Source: Promethearchaeota archaeon (GTDB taxonomy: Archaea; Asgardarchaeota; Lokiarchaeia; Sigyniarchaeales; SOKP01). From it: a stretch of DNA of 35,481 bases. The notes under the pieces are model-generated. The model was not told where the DNA came from and did no database searches. It saw only the letters and a program-made list of their open reading frames with translations. The DNA is taken from contig JABCSY010000037.1 of the NCBI GenBank assembly GCA_018238625.1, positions 1 through 35,481 of the forward strand, written 5' to 3'. The position numbers were made by a program, and so were the translations under genes. Shown one piece after another: positions 1-10,115 of the stretch (position 1 is its first letter; the number at the start of each line of letters is the position of its first letter).

Positions 1-158
1 CTAGTATCTAAAACAAAAAGCGATTTTAACACGTCGTCCATTTCGTCATTTTTAAACTCTAACTCGAAAGTATCCGTTCCCTTAACGTTCCCTTCGAGAA
101 TGCAATAAGAGATCCCTGATCTATGAATAATAACTTTCTTTATATTCAATTCTTTCAT
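1..158 (-). CDS. N-terminal fragment of a DUF4139-like protein (runs off the left edge)
   Basis: ATG at 158 opens MKELNIKKVIIHRSGISYCILEGNVKGTDTFELEFKNDEMDDVLKSLFVLDT with no stop to base 1; resembles the 'I.KV..YKSG..YF...G....MDDVLKSL.V.D' N-terminus of DUF4139 proteins. Confidence 0.7.
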   Translation of the reverse strand, partial: MKELNIKKVIIHRSGISYCILEGNVKGTDTFELEFKNDEMDDVLKSLFVLDT

Positions 159-174
159 AAGAATAAGATATAAA

Positions 175-223
175 ATCAGATGATAAAAATATTTGCTAGA
201 TATGAATTGTATCAGATGATAAA
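175..223. promoter_or_regulatory. Two copies of a quasi-palindromic putative operator ATCAGATGATAAA in a divergent intergenic region
   Basis: Exact 13-mer at 175-187 and 211-223; core ATCA-GA-TGAT is an inverted repeat (TATCA-GA-TGATA at 210-221). Confidence 0.5.
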
Positions 224-415
224 TAGTAATATGTATTATAAGATAATTTTTTTTTATCAATCCTAAATCTTCAAGAGAATGTATTCTTCATATGCTGTTT
301 GCTAACATTTAGGTAATCCATTAGTTCTATAACAGTTTTCTTTCCGTCTATTTTAATAAAATATAAAATCTAATTTAATTATTCTCGTTATCAAATCGAT
401 TGAGATAATCCCCCT

Positions 416-1531
416 ATGAATATAAATCAAATACTTAAGGAATATGGTTTAAGTGGTGAACAAGTAAAAATTTTCGAGGATAAATTGTCTATCTTCGATA
501 AGAAAAATCAATTTAAAATTTTCAAGGAATTAATGAATGTATTCCCTCACCCTACTTTAAGAGATGTTGAGAATTATTATCAGGATACAAGTAATAAGTT
601 AGTAGTAAAGGGGATTGATTTTGGAGGAATAGATCAACTTCTTTGCCAAATCTTAAATGGGTTAACCATTAGTACTAGTCCAGAAGAAGCTTTTCCAAAA
701 TTAGTATCATATTTAAACCTTGTCATGAAGTATGAAGAAGAAGAACAAAAGCATACCCATAAAGGAGCAATATACTTTAACATTGGACAATATCTTTTAA
801 AACATGGTCAAATAGAAAATGCTCTTCATTTTATTCATCGAGGTCTAATTGAAGATGATATGAAACATAAAGGCAAAACAAAATATCCCAATGTATGGTC
901 ATATCGAATAATTACCTTAGATAAGAATTTCGATCATTTTTATGTGAAGGATATGATTAAATTTATTGATAAAAAAATATTACGAGGAAATTATTCTTAT
1001 GATGATCTATATAATAATTTCTTGAATAAACCTGAAATTGTTACATCGAATCATATAGGTTGGTTAAATCATATTGCGTTTTTTCACTATTTTTTATACC
1101 ATCTGAAAAATCGTTATAAAAATCCTAACGATCTTTATTACTCGGTTTTAGGGGAGATAACTTCTTCAAATCTAATTGGGGATTTATGTCTTCTTATTGA
1201 ATCTGTATGTAAGTTAGATAATCCCTCATTAAATAAAACGGGAAGAGAAACTTTTAATGATATACACAGAGAAATGCAGAAAAAATATTCTTGGAAAGGT
1301 CCTGGTGTAAACGGAAACAATTTTGTGGGGGCAGCTCTTAATGGCACGCTATCACAGATTTTTGCGAATTCATATCAAGGCTCACATGATCCCCTTCTGA
1401 ATAGTTTCTATTTATCTTGGGGATTAAGAAATAAGGTTAATCATAAAATTGAAACCATTAGAATAAGTGAACTTTTTGAAAAAATTATAAACAAACAATT
1501 TGAATTTTTGCTAGATTTTATTATAAATTAA
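416..1531 (+). CDS. Hypothetical protein with a TPR-like segment and a C-terminal HEPN-like Rx4H motif
   Basis: 371 aa ORF; 'GAIYFNIGQYLLKHGQIENALHFIHRGL' is TPR-like; 'LRNKVNH' near the C-terminus. Confidence 0.6.
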   Translation: MNINQILKEYGLSGEQVKIFEDKLSIFDKKNQFKIFKELMNVFPHPTLRDVENYYQDTSNKLVVKGIDFGGIDQLLCQILNGLTISTSPEEAFPKLVSYLNLVMKYEEEEQKHTHKGAIYFNIGQYLLKHGQIENALHFIHRGLIEDDMKHKGKTKYPNVWSYRIITLDKNFDHFYVKDMIKFIDKKILRGNYSYDDLYNNFLNKPEIVTSNHIGWLNHIAFFHYFLYHLKNRYKNPNDLYYSVLGEITSSNLIGDLCLLIESVCKLDNPSLNKTGRETFNDIHREMQKKYSWKGPGVNGNNFVGAALNGTLSQIFANSYQGSHDPLLNSFYLSWGLRNKVNHKIETIRISELFEKIINKQFEFLLDFIIN

Positions 1532-1993
1532 AATATTAACCGGTTTCTTTTAGGATTATGTAAAATAGGGTATTTTCCAAGGAATTCTTTTACATATTGA
1601 AAATCGTTGGTTTTTGCAAAAATCTTAGCGATTATTTGTTTATTTATCCAATTTAACTCCTTTTCTATAAAATTTTCTTCTTTAGTTTTATGTATTTGAC
1701 ATGAAATTTATTCACATTCTTTTTATTCTGACTAAGTTCTTTCTGGACTTAGCTTAAGATTTATTTAGTACACCTTCTACTAATAGAAGATGATCATCTT
1801 TTATTAAGAGATCCAAACTTTTACAGCTTTTAACTCTATTTTGGAAGTACATATAAATGGAAGCCAATCAACTACCCGCAACCATGAAGCTGTACAAATC
1901 AATTCTTTCTTCACAGATTTAAGAAATTATTGGAGAAGATTATATTTTTAAAGACTATTTAGACTACATTTAAAACAGAAATTCGATTATAAA

Positions 1994-3862
1994 TTGTTAG
2001 TAACTGAGAAAAAACAAAAAAAATTGAGTTATTCTAATTTGGAAGGAAGAGAGATAAATAACGAGCTTATAGTTATAAAGAAAAAAGGAAAAGGTCATGC
2101 AGGGGATGTTTATAAAGCACGACTGCAGATCGATACTGATTATGGTTCCAAAGGGGAAGAAGTAGCTGTTAAGAGATATAACGCTTGGGTATTAGAAGAA
2201 CCGGATCAGGCATCTCGAATTGATGCAGAATTACAAGCTAGTATCAGAATTAATTCAGAAAATGTAGTAAAATCTCATAAATTATTAAACTGGGATGGAA
2301 ACTTAATATTAGTAATGGAATATCTTCGTGGTAGAACCCTTTCACAATTTATTGAGCAAGAAGAAGAGATTTCATTTGTAAAAATTATCGAAATTATCAA
2401 TCAAATTCTGGTAGGATTGGATGAAATACATAAAAATAATTTAATTCATCGAGATATTAAACCTGATAATATAATGGTAACCGATAACCGTGTAGTTATT
2501 ATGGATTTAGGTGTGATCAAGGATTTCAATGCTTCAACATCCATAACTGGGAGTAATTTTTTGGGAACGATCAAGTATGCTGCCCCTGAGTATCTCTTTG
2601 ATGAAAAGTATAATCAAGGTATTGATTTATTCTCTTTGGGAATGATCTTGTATGAGTTAATTTTTACGGAACCATTAATAACGACAAAATATTGGACTAT
2701 GAACATCGTAGAGCATTATTTCTATAAATTTAGTGGTCCTTCTGAGTATGTTAAACATTATTCTGAATTTCCTGAAAGATTTAATAATAAGGAAAAAATT
2801 TTTCTATGGTTTACCTTATTAAGTTTATTAGAGAATAAAAATTTAAGAATTGAACTAAAGTACCTTTTAAATGCAGTAAAAGCAAGAATTTGGGAAAATC
2901 CACTTAATTGGAAAATTATAACTTCACAATTAATTCGAAACCAAAAAAAGACACTTAGATTAATAGAATATTATGTAATCAAGGATTTTGAGAAATTAAT
3001 TGGCAACATTATTCCAGCTTATAAAACAGGAGAAGAGCAGGATATATACTTTATATCCAATAAAGGGTATATTAAGAGTTTAAAGCTAAGAAAGGGGCGA
3101 CTTAAGACTTTACCTGAATCAATTGGATTTTTAGAAAAATTAGAGGACTTAGATCTCGTTGGTAATAAAATAAATCAATTACCTAAATCTTTCATAAAAT
3201 TAAAGTCTCTAAGCTATTTAAACCTCTTTAATAGCTTTTTGGAGTCATTACCTGAAGAATTTAATCAATTATCAAATCTCATAGAACTTAGATTAGATAT
3301 AAACGAAAGTAATAAATTTCCTTCTGTAATAACAGAATTGACTTCACTCAAAAAACTATTTCTTTGGGCTTTTAAATCTAGTTTTATATTACCTCCTTCT
3401 TTTTTAAATTTGCAAAATTTAGAGGAATTAGTGCTTATTGAAGATATAAAACTACCTGAAAACATAGGGGATTTAAAATCACTAAGAAAACTGGTAATTT
3501 CAGGTCCAACATCAATTCCATTAAGTGTATGGAATCTTGAAAATCTTTCAGAATTAGTTTTACATGGAGAGATTGTTGAAACCTTACCAGCCGAAATAAA
3601 TAATTTGAAAAAGCTCAAAATATTAGATTTAAATGGAAATTCATTACTTAGTACGATTCCAGTTGAAATAGGAGAATTGGAAGAACTAAATATTTTAAAG
3701 TTTCATGATACAGGAATTAAGGACCTTCCAGCAGAAATCTTAAATCTAAGAAAACTTAAAGAAGTTCATGGAACAACCGAATTTGTATATAGATCCAAAA
3801 TTTCCAGAAAATTACAAGAAAACAATGTAGATGTCTATACATTTAAGTATAGTGCATTATGA
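1994..3862 (+). CDS. Hanks-type Ser/Thr protein kinase fused to C-terminal leucine-rich repeats
   Basis: GKGHAG loop, VAVK, HRDIKPDN, DLG, GTIKYAAPE, DLFSLG; roughly ten LxxLxLxxNxLxxLP-type repeats; TTG start. Confidence 0.93.
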   Translation: MLVTEKKQKKLSYSNLEGREINNELIVIKKKGKGHAGDVYKARLQIDTDYGSKGEEVAVKRYNAWVLEEPDQASRIDAELQASIRINSENVVKSHKLLNWDGNLILVMEYLRGRTLSQFIEQEEEISFVKIIEIINQILVGLDEIHKNNLIHRDIKPDNIMVTDNRVVIMDLGVIKDFNASTSITGSNFLGTIKYAAPEYLFDEKYNQGIDLFSLGMILYELIFTEPLITTKYWTMNIVEHYFYKFSGPSEYVKHYSEFPERFNNKEKIFLWFTLLSLLENKNLRIELKYLLNAVKARIWENPLNWKIITSQLIRNQKKTLRLIEYYVIKDFEKLIGNIIPAYKTGEEQDIYFISNKGYIKSLKLRKGRLKTLPESIGFLEKLEDLDLVGNKINQLPKSFIKLKSLSYLNLFNSFLESLPEEFNQLSNLIELRLDINESNKFPSVITELTSLKKLFLWAFKSSFILPPSFLNLQNLEELVLIEDIKLPENIGDLKSLRKLVISGPTSIPLSVWNLENLSELVLHGEIVETLPAEINNLKKLKILDLNGNSLLSTIPVEIGELEELNILKFHDTGIKDLPAEILNLRKLKEVHGTTEFVYRSKISRKLQENNVDVYTFKYSAL

Positions 3863-3976
3863 AAAATTTTTCCATTTTAGGATTTTTGGTGTAGAGAGAT
3901 TCACTACCTGCCTTCCTTTATTTCTCTAATATTTCCGATTAAAAATAGATATTATCTAATAATTTAAAGAAAAATT

Positions 3977-4468
3977 TCACAGACCTTCTTTAATAATTTC
4001 TAAAGTATCTTCTTCAATGGTTTTCTTTGGTCGTTCTTTAATCATGCCTAAAAATCCGTTATTTCTATTAAAGAAATAGAACGTTGGAATTGCTTTTAAG
4101 TCAAATTTAGGGTTTACCGCCTCTGGTGGAGAACGTATTTTATGCCATATGGTTTCGCCTGGTTTATGTAAAGCGTTAACCATTATCCCGTATAAAATAT
4201 GGAAAGTCACATCTTTACTTTTCATCAATTTTACAATTTTAATCATGCGTGGTACGTTTCTGTTACAATCTGGACACCAATCAGCGCCTAATGCGACAAT
4301 CTTTAATGATTCTTGCTTACTTTTCAAGAAATCCTTAATTTCTTCTAATACATCTGTTTTCGGTTCGTAGGTTTTATAGTTATATGCGATTTTATCTCCA
4401 AATTCTTTTAAGTACTCATCGGGAGACATTGTAGGAGATACAAGATCGTTCCATTTTAAATCATACAT
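3977..4468 (-). CDS. Thioredoxin-family protein
   Basis: WCPDC active site; cis-Pro motif AIPTF. Confidence 0.88.
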   Translation of the reverse strand: MYDLKWNDLVSPTMSPDEYLKEFGDKIAYNYKTYEPKTDVLEEIKDFLKSKQESLKIVALGADWCPDCNRNVPRMIKIVKLMKSKDVTFHILYGIMVNALHKPGETIWHKIRSPPEAVNPKFDLKAIPTFYFFNRNNGFLGMIKERPKKTIEEDTLEIIKEGL

Positions 4469-4658
4469 ATTTATTAGAACAGTTTCTTTTTTTTAAAAAA
4501 TTGTTTTATAATCCATAATTTTTTGCTTGAAAAAGCTAAAATTCCTTAATTTGATATTCTTTATTGCTATAATGCTTTAAGCCTTCATAAAGGTTAAATT
4601 AAATAATCTTAATATATATATAGATTAACTTAGATATATTATCGAAAGAATCCAATAA

Positions 4659-5069
4659 ATGGTGATTTACATATCTAGTGAAAGTATAACGAAAAAAGAA
4701 GTCAAAAAGTATCTATATATTAGCTTATTTTACATTTTATTTATGCCTTTTCTTATTGTTCTAATCCCTTTGCTACTATCTTCATTGCCCGCAAGAATAC
4801 CCTCCGATATAATATTTACTATTGAAGTCCCCCTTATTATGTGGATCTTCATTATCTTGACGCAAGGCATTGTATCATTAGTGTTCTATTTTGTTAATTA
4901 CGAGATAATGTATGGGATGTGGAGAAAGAAAAAGAGAAAAGAGAAAATTGAGAACCGAAATCTTAGGATAGGAAAAAGAATACAATTGCTAATTATTATA
5001 CCTGGCGTGTGCGTACATGTGATATTTTTATTTTTCACCTTCTATCTTCTATCTTTAGCTCTTTCTTAA
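4659..5069 (+). CDS. Hypothetical membrane protein (about 3 TM helices)
   Basis: 136 aa ORF with three hydrophobic stretches and a basic loop. Confidence 0.7.
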   Translation: MVIYISSESITKKEVKKYLYISLFYILFMPFLIVLIPLLLSSLPARIPSDIIFTIEVPLIMWIFIILTQGIVSLVFYFVNYEIMYGMWRKKKRKEKIENRNLRIGKRIQLLIIIPGVCVHVIFLFFTFYLLSLALS

Positions 5070-5071
5070 CA

Positions 5072-5108
5072 TTTAGTATCTTCGAACACGATACTAAACT
5101 TTTTTTTT
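5072..5108 (+). terminator. Hairpin followed by a T-tract, terminator-like
   Basis: TTTAGTATC (5072-5080) pairs with GATACTAAA (5090-5098), followed by a T9 run, 3 nt after the stop codon at 5069. Confidence 0.55.
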
Positions 5109-5188
5109 CTCATTTTTTTACTCTTGGTCTTCAAAGCTTTACGCAAGTATTTTGACACATGCGTTCCAACTAATTATTAAACCTTTTT

Positions 5189-7501
5189 TTATTTAGCATC
5201 AAGTAGTTTGTTTAAGAGAAAAAGGGCGCCCGCCTTATCCAGTGGATCGTTGTTGTTTCCACATTTAGGACTCATAATGCATGCTGGACATCCATTCTCA
5301 GTTTTACAGCTACAGCTCTCAATTAATTTCAATGCTAAATGAAGTAAATCTATTAAATGAAGGTATAATTGTTCAGATATGCCTATCCCTCCCCTATATG
5401 CATCGTAAATGTATATTACTGGTTGTTGCTTCACGGGATCGAAATCGATAGAGACTCCACCCAAATCCCATCGAGAAATCTGGGCTAATGCTGGTGCCAT
5501 AGCTATCATAGCGTGTTCAATTGCGTGAATGGTGCCACCTAGGTCGAAACCTTCCAGTTCTAACTCTTTTTGAAATTCGAAAGGGATCGTAAACCAAACT
5601 GCTTGAGTCTCAAACTCAATAATAGGGATGTTTTCTAGCGGATGTCGCGAAATAATTTCCTGTGATATCGTATCTATAACTTTATAAGAATAGTACTCGT
5701 GCTCAACTTTTACCCTGCCGTAAAGTTTTTCAATGTCTTTATTGGGGCCTGTTTTTTTTTGAGCCTGAATTTCGAGTGGCGTTATTTCAGTGTGTTTGAG
5801 CGATTGAGTGTAAAACTCAACGTCAACTCTTAAAATCCTTACTATTTTTTGTTCGAGATCTAAGTCTTCCACTACGTAAGATTCAGCTTCATAGAGGTAC
5901 ACGGCCCCAGGATGTAAGTCCCGAAACACGTAACTTTCATCTTCTACCGTTAAAAGTTCGTCTTTACCAGTTCTTCTGAGAATTACTCTATAACTCTTGC
6001 TAGAAAGAGCGTTTAATCCATACTTCTCGTTAGGGTAAAACTCCCCCCTCCAATAGTATTTGTCTCCTCTTTTCATCAACAACTTATCTGAAATTAAATC
6101 TTCAATATAAGTTTCGAATAATTCTTTTTCTTCTATGCCAAATTTTTTATATTCGTCGATATTTAGGGGAATCTCTTTAGCTGCGCAACAGAGGTGGTTC
6201 TTTATGATGTATTTATTTTTTAGCGTTATAAGAATTTCTTCTTTAATTTTTCCAAATAATTGATCCGGATTATGAACATAAAATAAATCCAAGGGGTTTT
6301 GCATAGGTACGAAAGTTGAAATTGATAATTCAGAGCCCCTACCGGAGCGACCTATTTGCTGTTTAAAGCTCGAAAGAGTGCCAGGGAAACCAGAGCAAAT
6401 AGTGGCATCCAGAGAGCCTATATCTATACCTAACTCCAGAGCATTTGTGGAACTAATGCCTAAAATTCTTTTGTTCTTAAAGTTTTCTTCTATTTCTCTT
6501 CTTTTAGTTTTACTAATACCTGCTCTATAACTATATATCTTGTTCTTTAGCAAAGGTAAAGTTTTCCTCGCCCAAATCGCTTGTAATTCTGCCATCTTTC
6601 TTGAAAGAGTGAACGTTAAAGTTTGAATCCCGTTCTTATATTTTAAGTGGGTAGTAAATAAATTCTTGGTTTCTTGATGTGCAGAGTTATACTTTCCTGA
6701 GACTTTATCGTAAGGTAAATCCCATAAAATAACTTTTTTAGCCCCTGATGGAGAATCGTCCTTGTCAATAACAACGAACTCTTCGCCAATTAACTTTTCA
6801 CAAAATTCTTTTGGTTTATTGATAGTAGCACTTGACAATATCCAAATTGGTTTAACATCGAAAGTATCGAGAATGCGTTTTAAACGTCTCAAAAGTAAAG
6901 CGTAATTCGACCCAAAAATCCCTCTATATATATGAATTTCGTCTAATATAATATATTTCAAGTTATTACAAACCCGACGCCAATTTTGCTTAAACCACGG
7001 TAAATAGAAATGCAATCCATAAGGGTTTGTGATTATTATATTGGCATTTGTTAATACTTGTCTTTTTTCATTTGGGGCGGTATCACCGTCGTAAACGCCA
7101 ATTCGATATTGTTTTATATTTGTATCTGCTAAAATTTTTTTTAAATTTATATACTGGTCTCTAGCTAATGCTTTTGTAGGGAAAAGGTATAGCGCCGTGG
7201 ATTTCTCGTTATTTAATAGAGAATCTAATACGGGCAAGTTGTAACACAGAGATTTTCCTGAAGCTGTAGAAGTTACAACAACTGTATTCTTTCCTTTCCT
7301 GATAGAATTAATAGCATCTGCCTGGTGGCGCCATAATTTTATATTATTGGTATTTAACCACCGCTCCAATCTCTTCCTTAATGGCTTGTCCAAATCCTCA
7401 AAACGAGCCCTCAATTCTGGAATGTGTTCAATGTGAGATATCTGACCACTATAAAAATCTTGAGATTTGATAAACTTTAGAAAATCTTCAAAATCAACCA
7501 T
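5189..7501 (-). CDS. SF2 DEAD/DEAH helicase with C-terminal DUF1998 Cys cluster (Hrq1/YprA/SftH family)
   Basis: TASGKS, PTKALARDQ, DEIH, SAT, TNALELGIDIG, QQIGRSGR, IYDAYRGGIG, CSC..NGCPAC. Confidence 0.93.
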   Translation of the reverse strand: MVDFEDFLKFIKSQDFYSGQISHIEHIPELRARFEDLDKPLRKRLERWLNTNNIKLWRHQADAINSIRKGKNTVVVTSTASGKSLCYNLPVLDSLLNNEKSTALYLFPTKALARDQYINLKKILADTNIKQYRIGVYDGDTAPNEKRQVLTNANIIITNPYGLHFYLPWFKQNWRRVCNNLKYIILDEIHIYRGIFGSNYALLLRRLKRILDTFDVKPIWILSSATINKPKEFCEKLIGEEFVVIDKDDSPSGAKKVILWDLPYDKVSGKYNSAHQETKNLFTTHLKYKNGIQTLTFTLSRKMAELQAIWARKTLPLLKNKIYSYRAGISKTKRREIEENFKNKRILGISSTNALELGIDIGSLDATICSGFPGTLSSFKQQIGRSGRGSELSISTFVPMQNPLDLFYVHNPDQLFGKIKEEILITLKNKYIIKNHLCCAAKEIPLNIDEYKKFGIEEKELFETYIEDLISDKLLMKRGDKYYWRGEFYPNEKYGLNALSSKSYRVILRRTGKDELLTVEDESYVFRDLHPGAVYLYEAESYVVEDLDLEQKIVRILRVDVEFYTQSLKHTEITPLEIQAQKKTGPNKDIEKLYGRVKVEHEYYSYKVIDTISQEIISRHPLENIPIIEFETQAVWFTIPFEFQKELELEGFDLGGTIHAIEHAMIAMAPALAQISRWDLGGVSIDFDPVKQQPVIYIYDAYRGGIGISEQLYLHLIDLLHLALKLIESCSCKTENGCPACIMSPKCGNNNDPLDKAGALFLLNKLLDAK

Positions 7502-7699
7502 AGGTTAGTTCAAGAGAATTAATGAAATATATTAATTAAAAATTTCAAAAGATAATTGGTTTTATAATTTACATGTTATTAAATTCCATAATAATGCACA
7601 CAAAACAGTATTTTTTTTTAACCACTAAAATATAAAAATAATTATCCTTTATTGTGATCAAAAGAATTCTGAATAAACGAATTATATTTCTTTTGAAAA

Positions 7700-8719
7700 A
7701 TGTCTGATTCTAGTTGGGATAAAGTAGAATTTCAAGATTTTATAAATAAGTATAGCAAGAAAATTATCGTCGATAGCGCGCCTGTTATACTTTATACGAA
7801 GAAGGATAAGGAACACGAGGCGCTTAACTCGTTGATAGCGTTCTTTTTTATAACGGGAGGGTTGTTTATTTTTATTGCTTTATCAATTATTTTTAAGTTT
7901 GCAGAGTTTAGTTTAGTTATATTTATCACGGTAATCGTCGTCGCAACTGCCGTTGATATTGCTTTAATTATTATTTACCTCCGCTCTCACGTACAGATCA
8001 AACCTATAGAGAATTGGATGGAAGTTTATAAAGGAAGAACTCAAGGTGATATAGTTTTTTATTGTTTTGCTTATTATCCCGTGTTTTCAGGAAAATGCCA
8101 CCCAAATAGAGCAAAAAATTTATTATACAAATTATTTCAAGAAGAACTATTAAATAGTAAGGTAGACATCGCCCAAATTGAAGTTTATTTACGGCTTTAC
8201 TTAAACGATCCAGATAAATATGAAGTAATTGGCTATTATTTCCAATACGCTGAGGGGACTCCATTCAAAAGCGAAAAGATTGATAGAAATTCATGGAAAT
8301 TTTTCCCATACGATAAAACTAAAGACAAGAATTTTCTAGCGATTGCTAATTGGGACCATCAATTTGAATGGCGTGACGATTTAGAATTAGATTACGACAA
8401 ACTACATAATTATGCTCCTTGGATTATCCAAAAATGGGACGATTTTAGCTTAAAACCCCTAACTAAGGCTTTTAAAAACGAATTTAGATGGGATTTAAGA
8501 GGGATAGAATCCGTTCCTAAGTTAAAACCCTGGGAGCCTAACTTTGAAACTACTACTTACGATAATTTTAGAGCGTATAAAGATTTACAGCTAATGAACG
8601 ATGCTATTGAAAGAGTTATTGGTAAGGATATAAAAATAGAAAAGATAAAAGATATTAAGAAATATATATTAGAATTTAAAGCCTACATAAAAGATTTAGC
8701 TAAAGATACTTTAAAATAA
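7700..8719 (+). CDS. Hypothetical protein with two N-proximal TM helices
   Basis: 339 aa ORF; hydrophobic segments around aa 45-95. Confidence 0.8.
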   Translation: MSDSSWDKVEFQDFINKYSKKIIVDSAPVILYTKKDKEHEALNSLIAFFFITGGLFIFIALSIIFKFAEFSLVIFITVIVVATAVDIALIIIYLRSHVQIKPIENWMEVYKGRTQGDIVFYCFAYYPVFSGKCHPNRAKNLLYKLFQEELLNSKVDIAQIEVYLRLYLNDPDKYEVIGYYFQYAEGTPFKSEKIDRNSWKFFPYDKTKDKNFLAIANWDHQFEWRDDLELDYDKLHNYAPWIIQKWDDFSLKPLTKAFKNEFRWDLRGIESVPKLKPWEPNFETTTYDNFRAYKDLQLMNDAIERVIGKDIKIEKIKDIKKYILEFKAYIKDLAKDTLK

Positions 8720-8947
8720 ATAATTTGTTGTTTTCCTTATTTTCTTCTTCATTATTTCCGTCTTTATTACTTATCGCGTTTTTTTGAAGGGCCAATTACG
8801 GTCATCGATTTAACATTGTTAATAAATGAGATATCTTTAATACGTGTTATTTTCCATTGATGTGAATTCTACCATATTCTTTTAATTTAATTTTTTAAAA
8901 ATGAATTTTCAACATTCATTCTTAATAAAACATTTAAATAAAGAAGA

Positions 8948-9664
8948 ATGGTTTTAGATAATATTATCATGGAAATTTGGCAATTATTTCTCATGTTGAC
9001 TTTTCAATTAATAGCAGGTTTCATGGCTATAATCCTCGCTATATTCATTTATAAACGCAATCCAAACTATAAGGGTAATTTATATTTAGGTTTAGGTTTT
9101 ATTTTTTATTCACTTTATCCATTCGGGTGTTTTTTCTTTGAAATAGGTATCAATGAATTTATTGTTCTTCTCTCACTTCAAATTTCCTTAATTGGTTCGA
9201 TCATTGGGACCATGTTCTTCGTACTATCAATGATGATCTTTTGTAAAAGCACAAAAGTTTTGGAAAAGAGCAAAATGAAATTGTTATATTTTTTAGTTTC
9301 GCTCTTGATTTGTATCTATATATGTTGGCCAAGTTCAATTATTTTTATCAGTTTAAATCCCACTTTGACCGAGCGTAGTATTCTTTTAATGATTTTAATT
9401 ACGATTTATATTGTATTTTCAACTGGTGGTACAATCCTACGATTAACAAAAGCGATTAAGATGATGAAAGAAAGCAATCCACACATGACCAAAAATCTTA
9501 AAAATTTTCGTCTTGCCTTGATAATATCATTTGGGATTCTAATCTTTTCTGTCATTGAAAATCTAACTCAAGAACATTTTTACAACATTTTTAATTACCT
9601 ATTCCTCTTATTGACTTACATTCTTATCAGTCAACCGTTATTGAAGCAAAAAAGGGAAACTTAA
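8948..9664 (+). CDS. Multi-pass (about 7 TM) membrane protein, possibly a stand-alone sensor domain
   Basis: About seven hydrophobic helices; 'KRNPNYKGNLY' first loop resembles HisKA_7TM-type N-termini; no cytoplasmic output domain. Confidence 0.7.
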   Translation: MVLDNIIMEIWQLFLMLTFQLIAGFMAIILAIFIYKRNPNYKGNLYLGLGFIFYSLYPFGCFFFEIGINEFIVLLSLQISLIGSIIGTMFFVLSMMIFCKSTKVLEKSKMKLLYFLVSLLICIYICWPSSIIFISLNPTLTERSILLMILITIYIVFSTGGTILRLTKAIKMMKESNPHMTKNLKNFRLALIISFGILIFSVIENLTQEHFYNIFNYLFLLLTYILISQPLLKQKRET

Positions 9665-9987
9665 TTTCCTTTTTTTAATATCTTTTTAAACTTAAAAATA
9701 GTTAGTCCTTTTGTGTGTTTACGTATTGTTTCTGCGGCTCTATTATCAAGCCAATTGATGCAGTTCATTAACGAATTTCCTTCAGAATCGATAAGGAACC
9801 GTACAATTCATCTGACAATCTAAAATTATTCCTAAAATATCCTCGGAATTTATAATATTTTTTTGAATTAAATTGGCTGTAGTTTTTATAAAAGATTTCC
9901 AATAATCTCCCGGATCTTGCTCTACCCAACCTTGTTTTGGATAATAAGGGGGTAATCTGCTCTAGTTTGATACAGGAGATTTAATTT
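9661..9987 (-). pseudogene. Frameshifted, truncated FGGY-family sugar kinase (xylulokinase-like) fragment
   Basis: Minus strand reads KLNLLYQTRADYP/YYPKQGWVEQDPGDYWKSFIK...DILGIILDCQMNCTVP/IDSEGNSLMNCINWLDNRA...; frameshifts near 9947 and 9793; no start, C-terminal three quarters missing. Confidence 0.85.
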
Positions 9988-10115
9988 GTTTAAAATTGTT
10001 TAAATATACAAGGATTATGTAATGAATATATATGTAAATTTTATAAGTATTTAGAACATAATCATTATATTCCAACTACAACTATATAATAAAAAAAGTA
10101 AAAAGAGAAATTATA

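Noticed and set aside
1528-1920. Protein-like fragments on the minus strand between the HEPN-like and kinase genes (e.g. KELNWINKQIIAKIFAK...)
   Set aside because: Multiple stops and frameshifts with no recognisable family; cannot support a pseudogene call
5189-7501. DUF1998 helicase as part of a DISARM or Druantia defence system
   Set aside because: Size and motifs fit the housekeeping Hrq1/YprA type; no methylase, phospholipase D or partner genes adjacent
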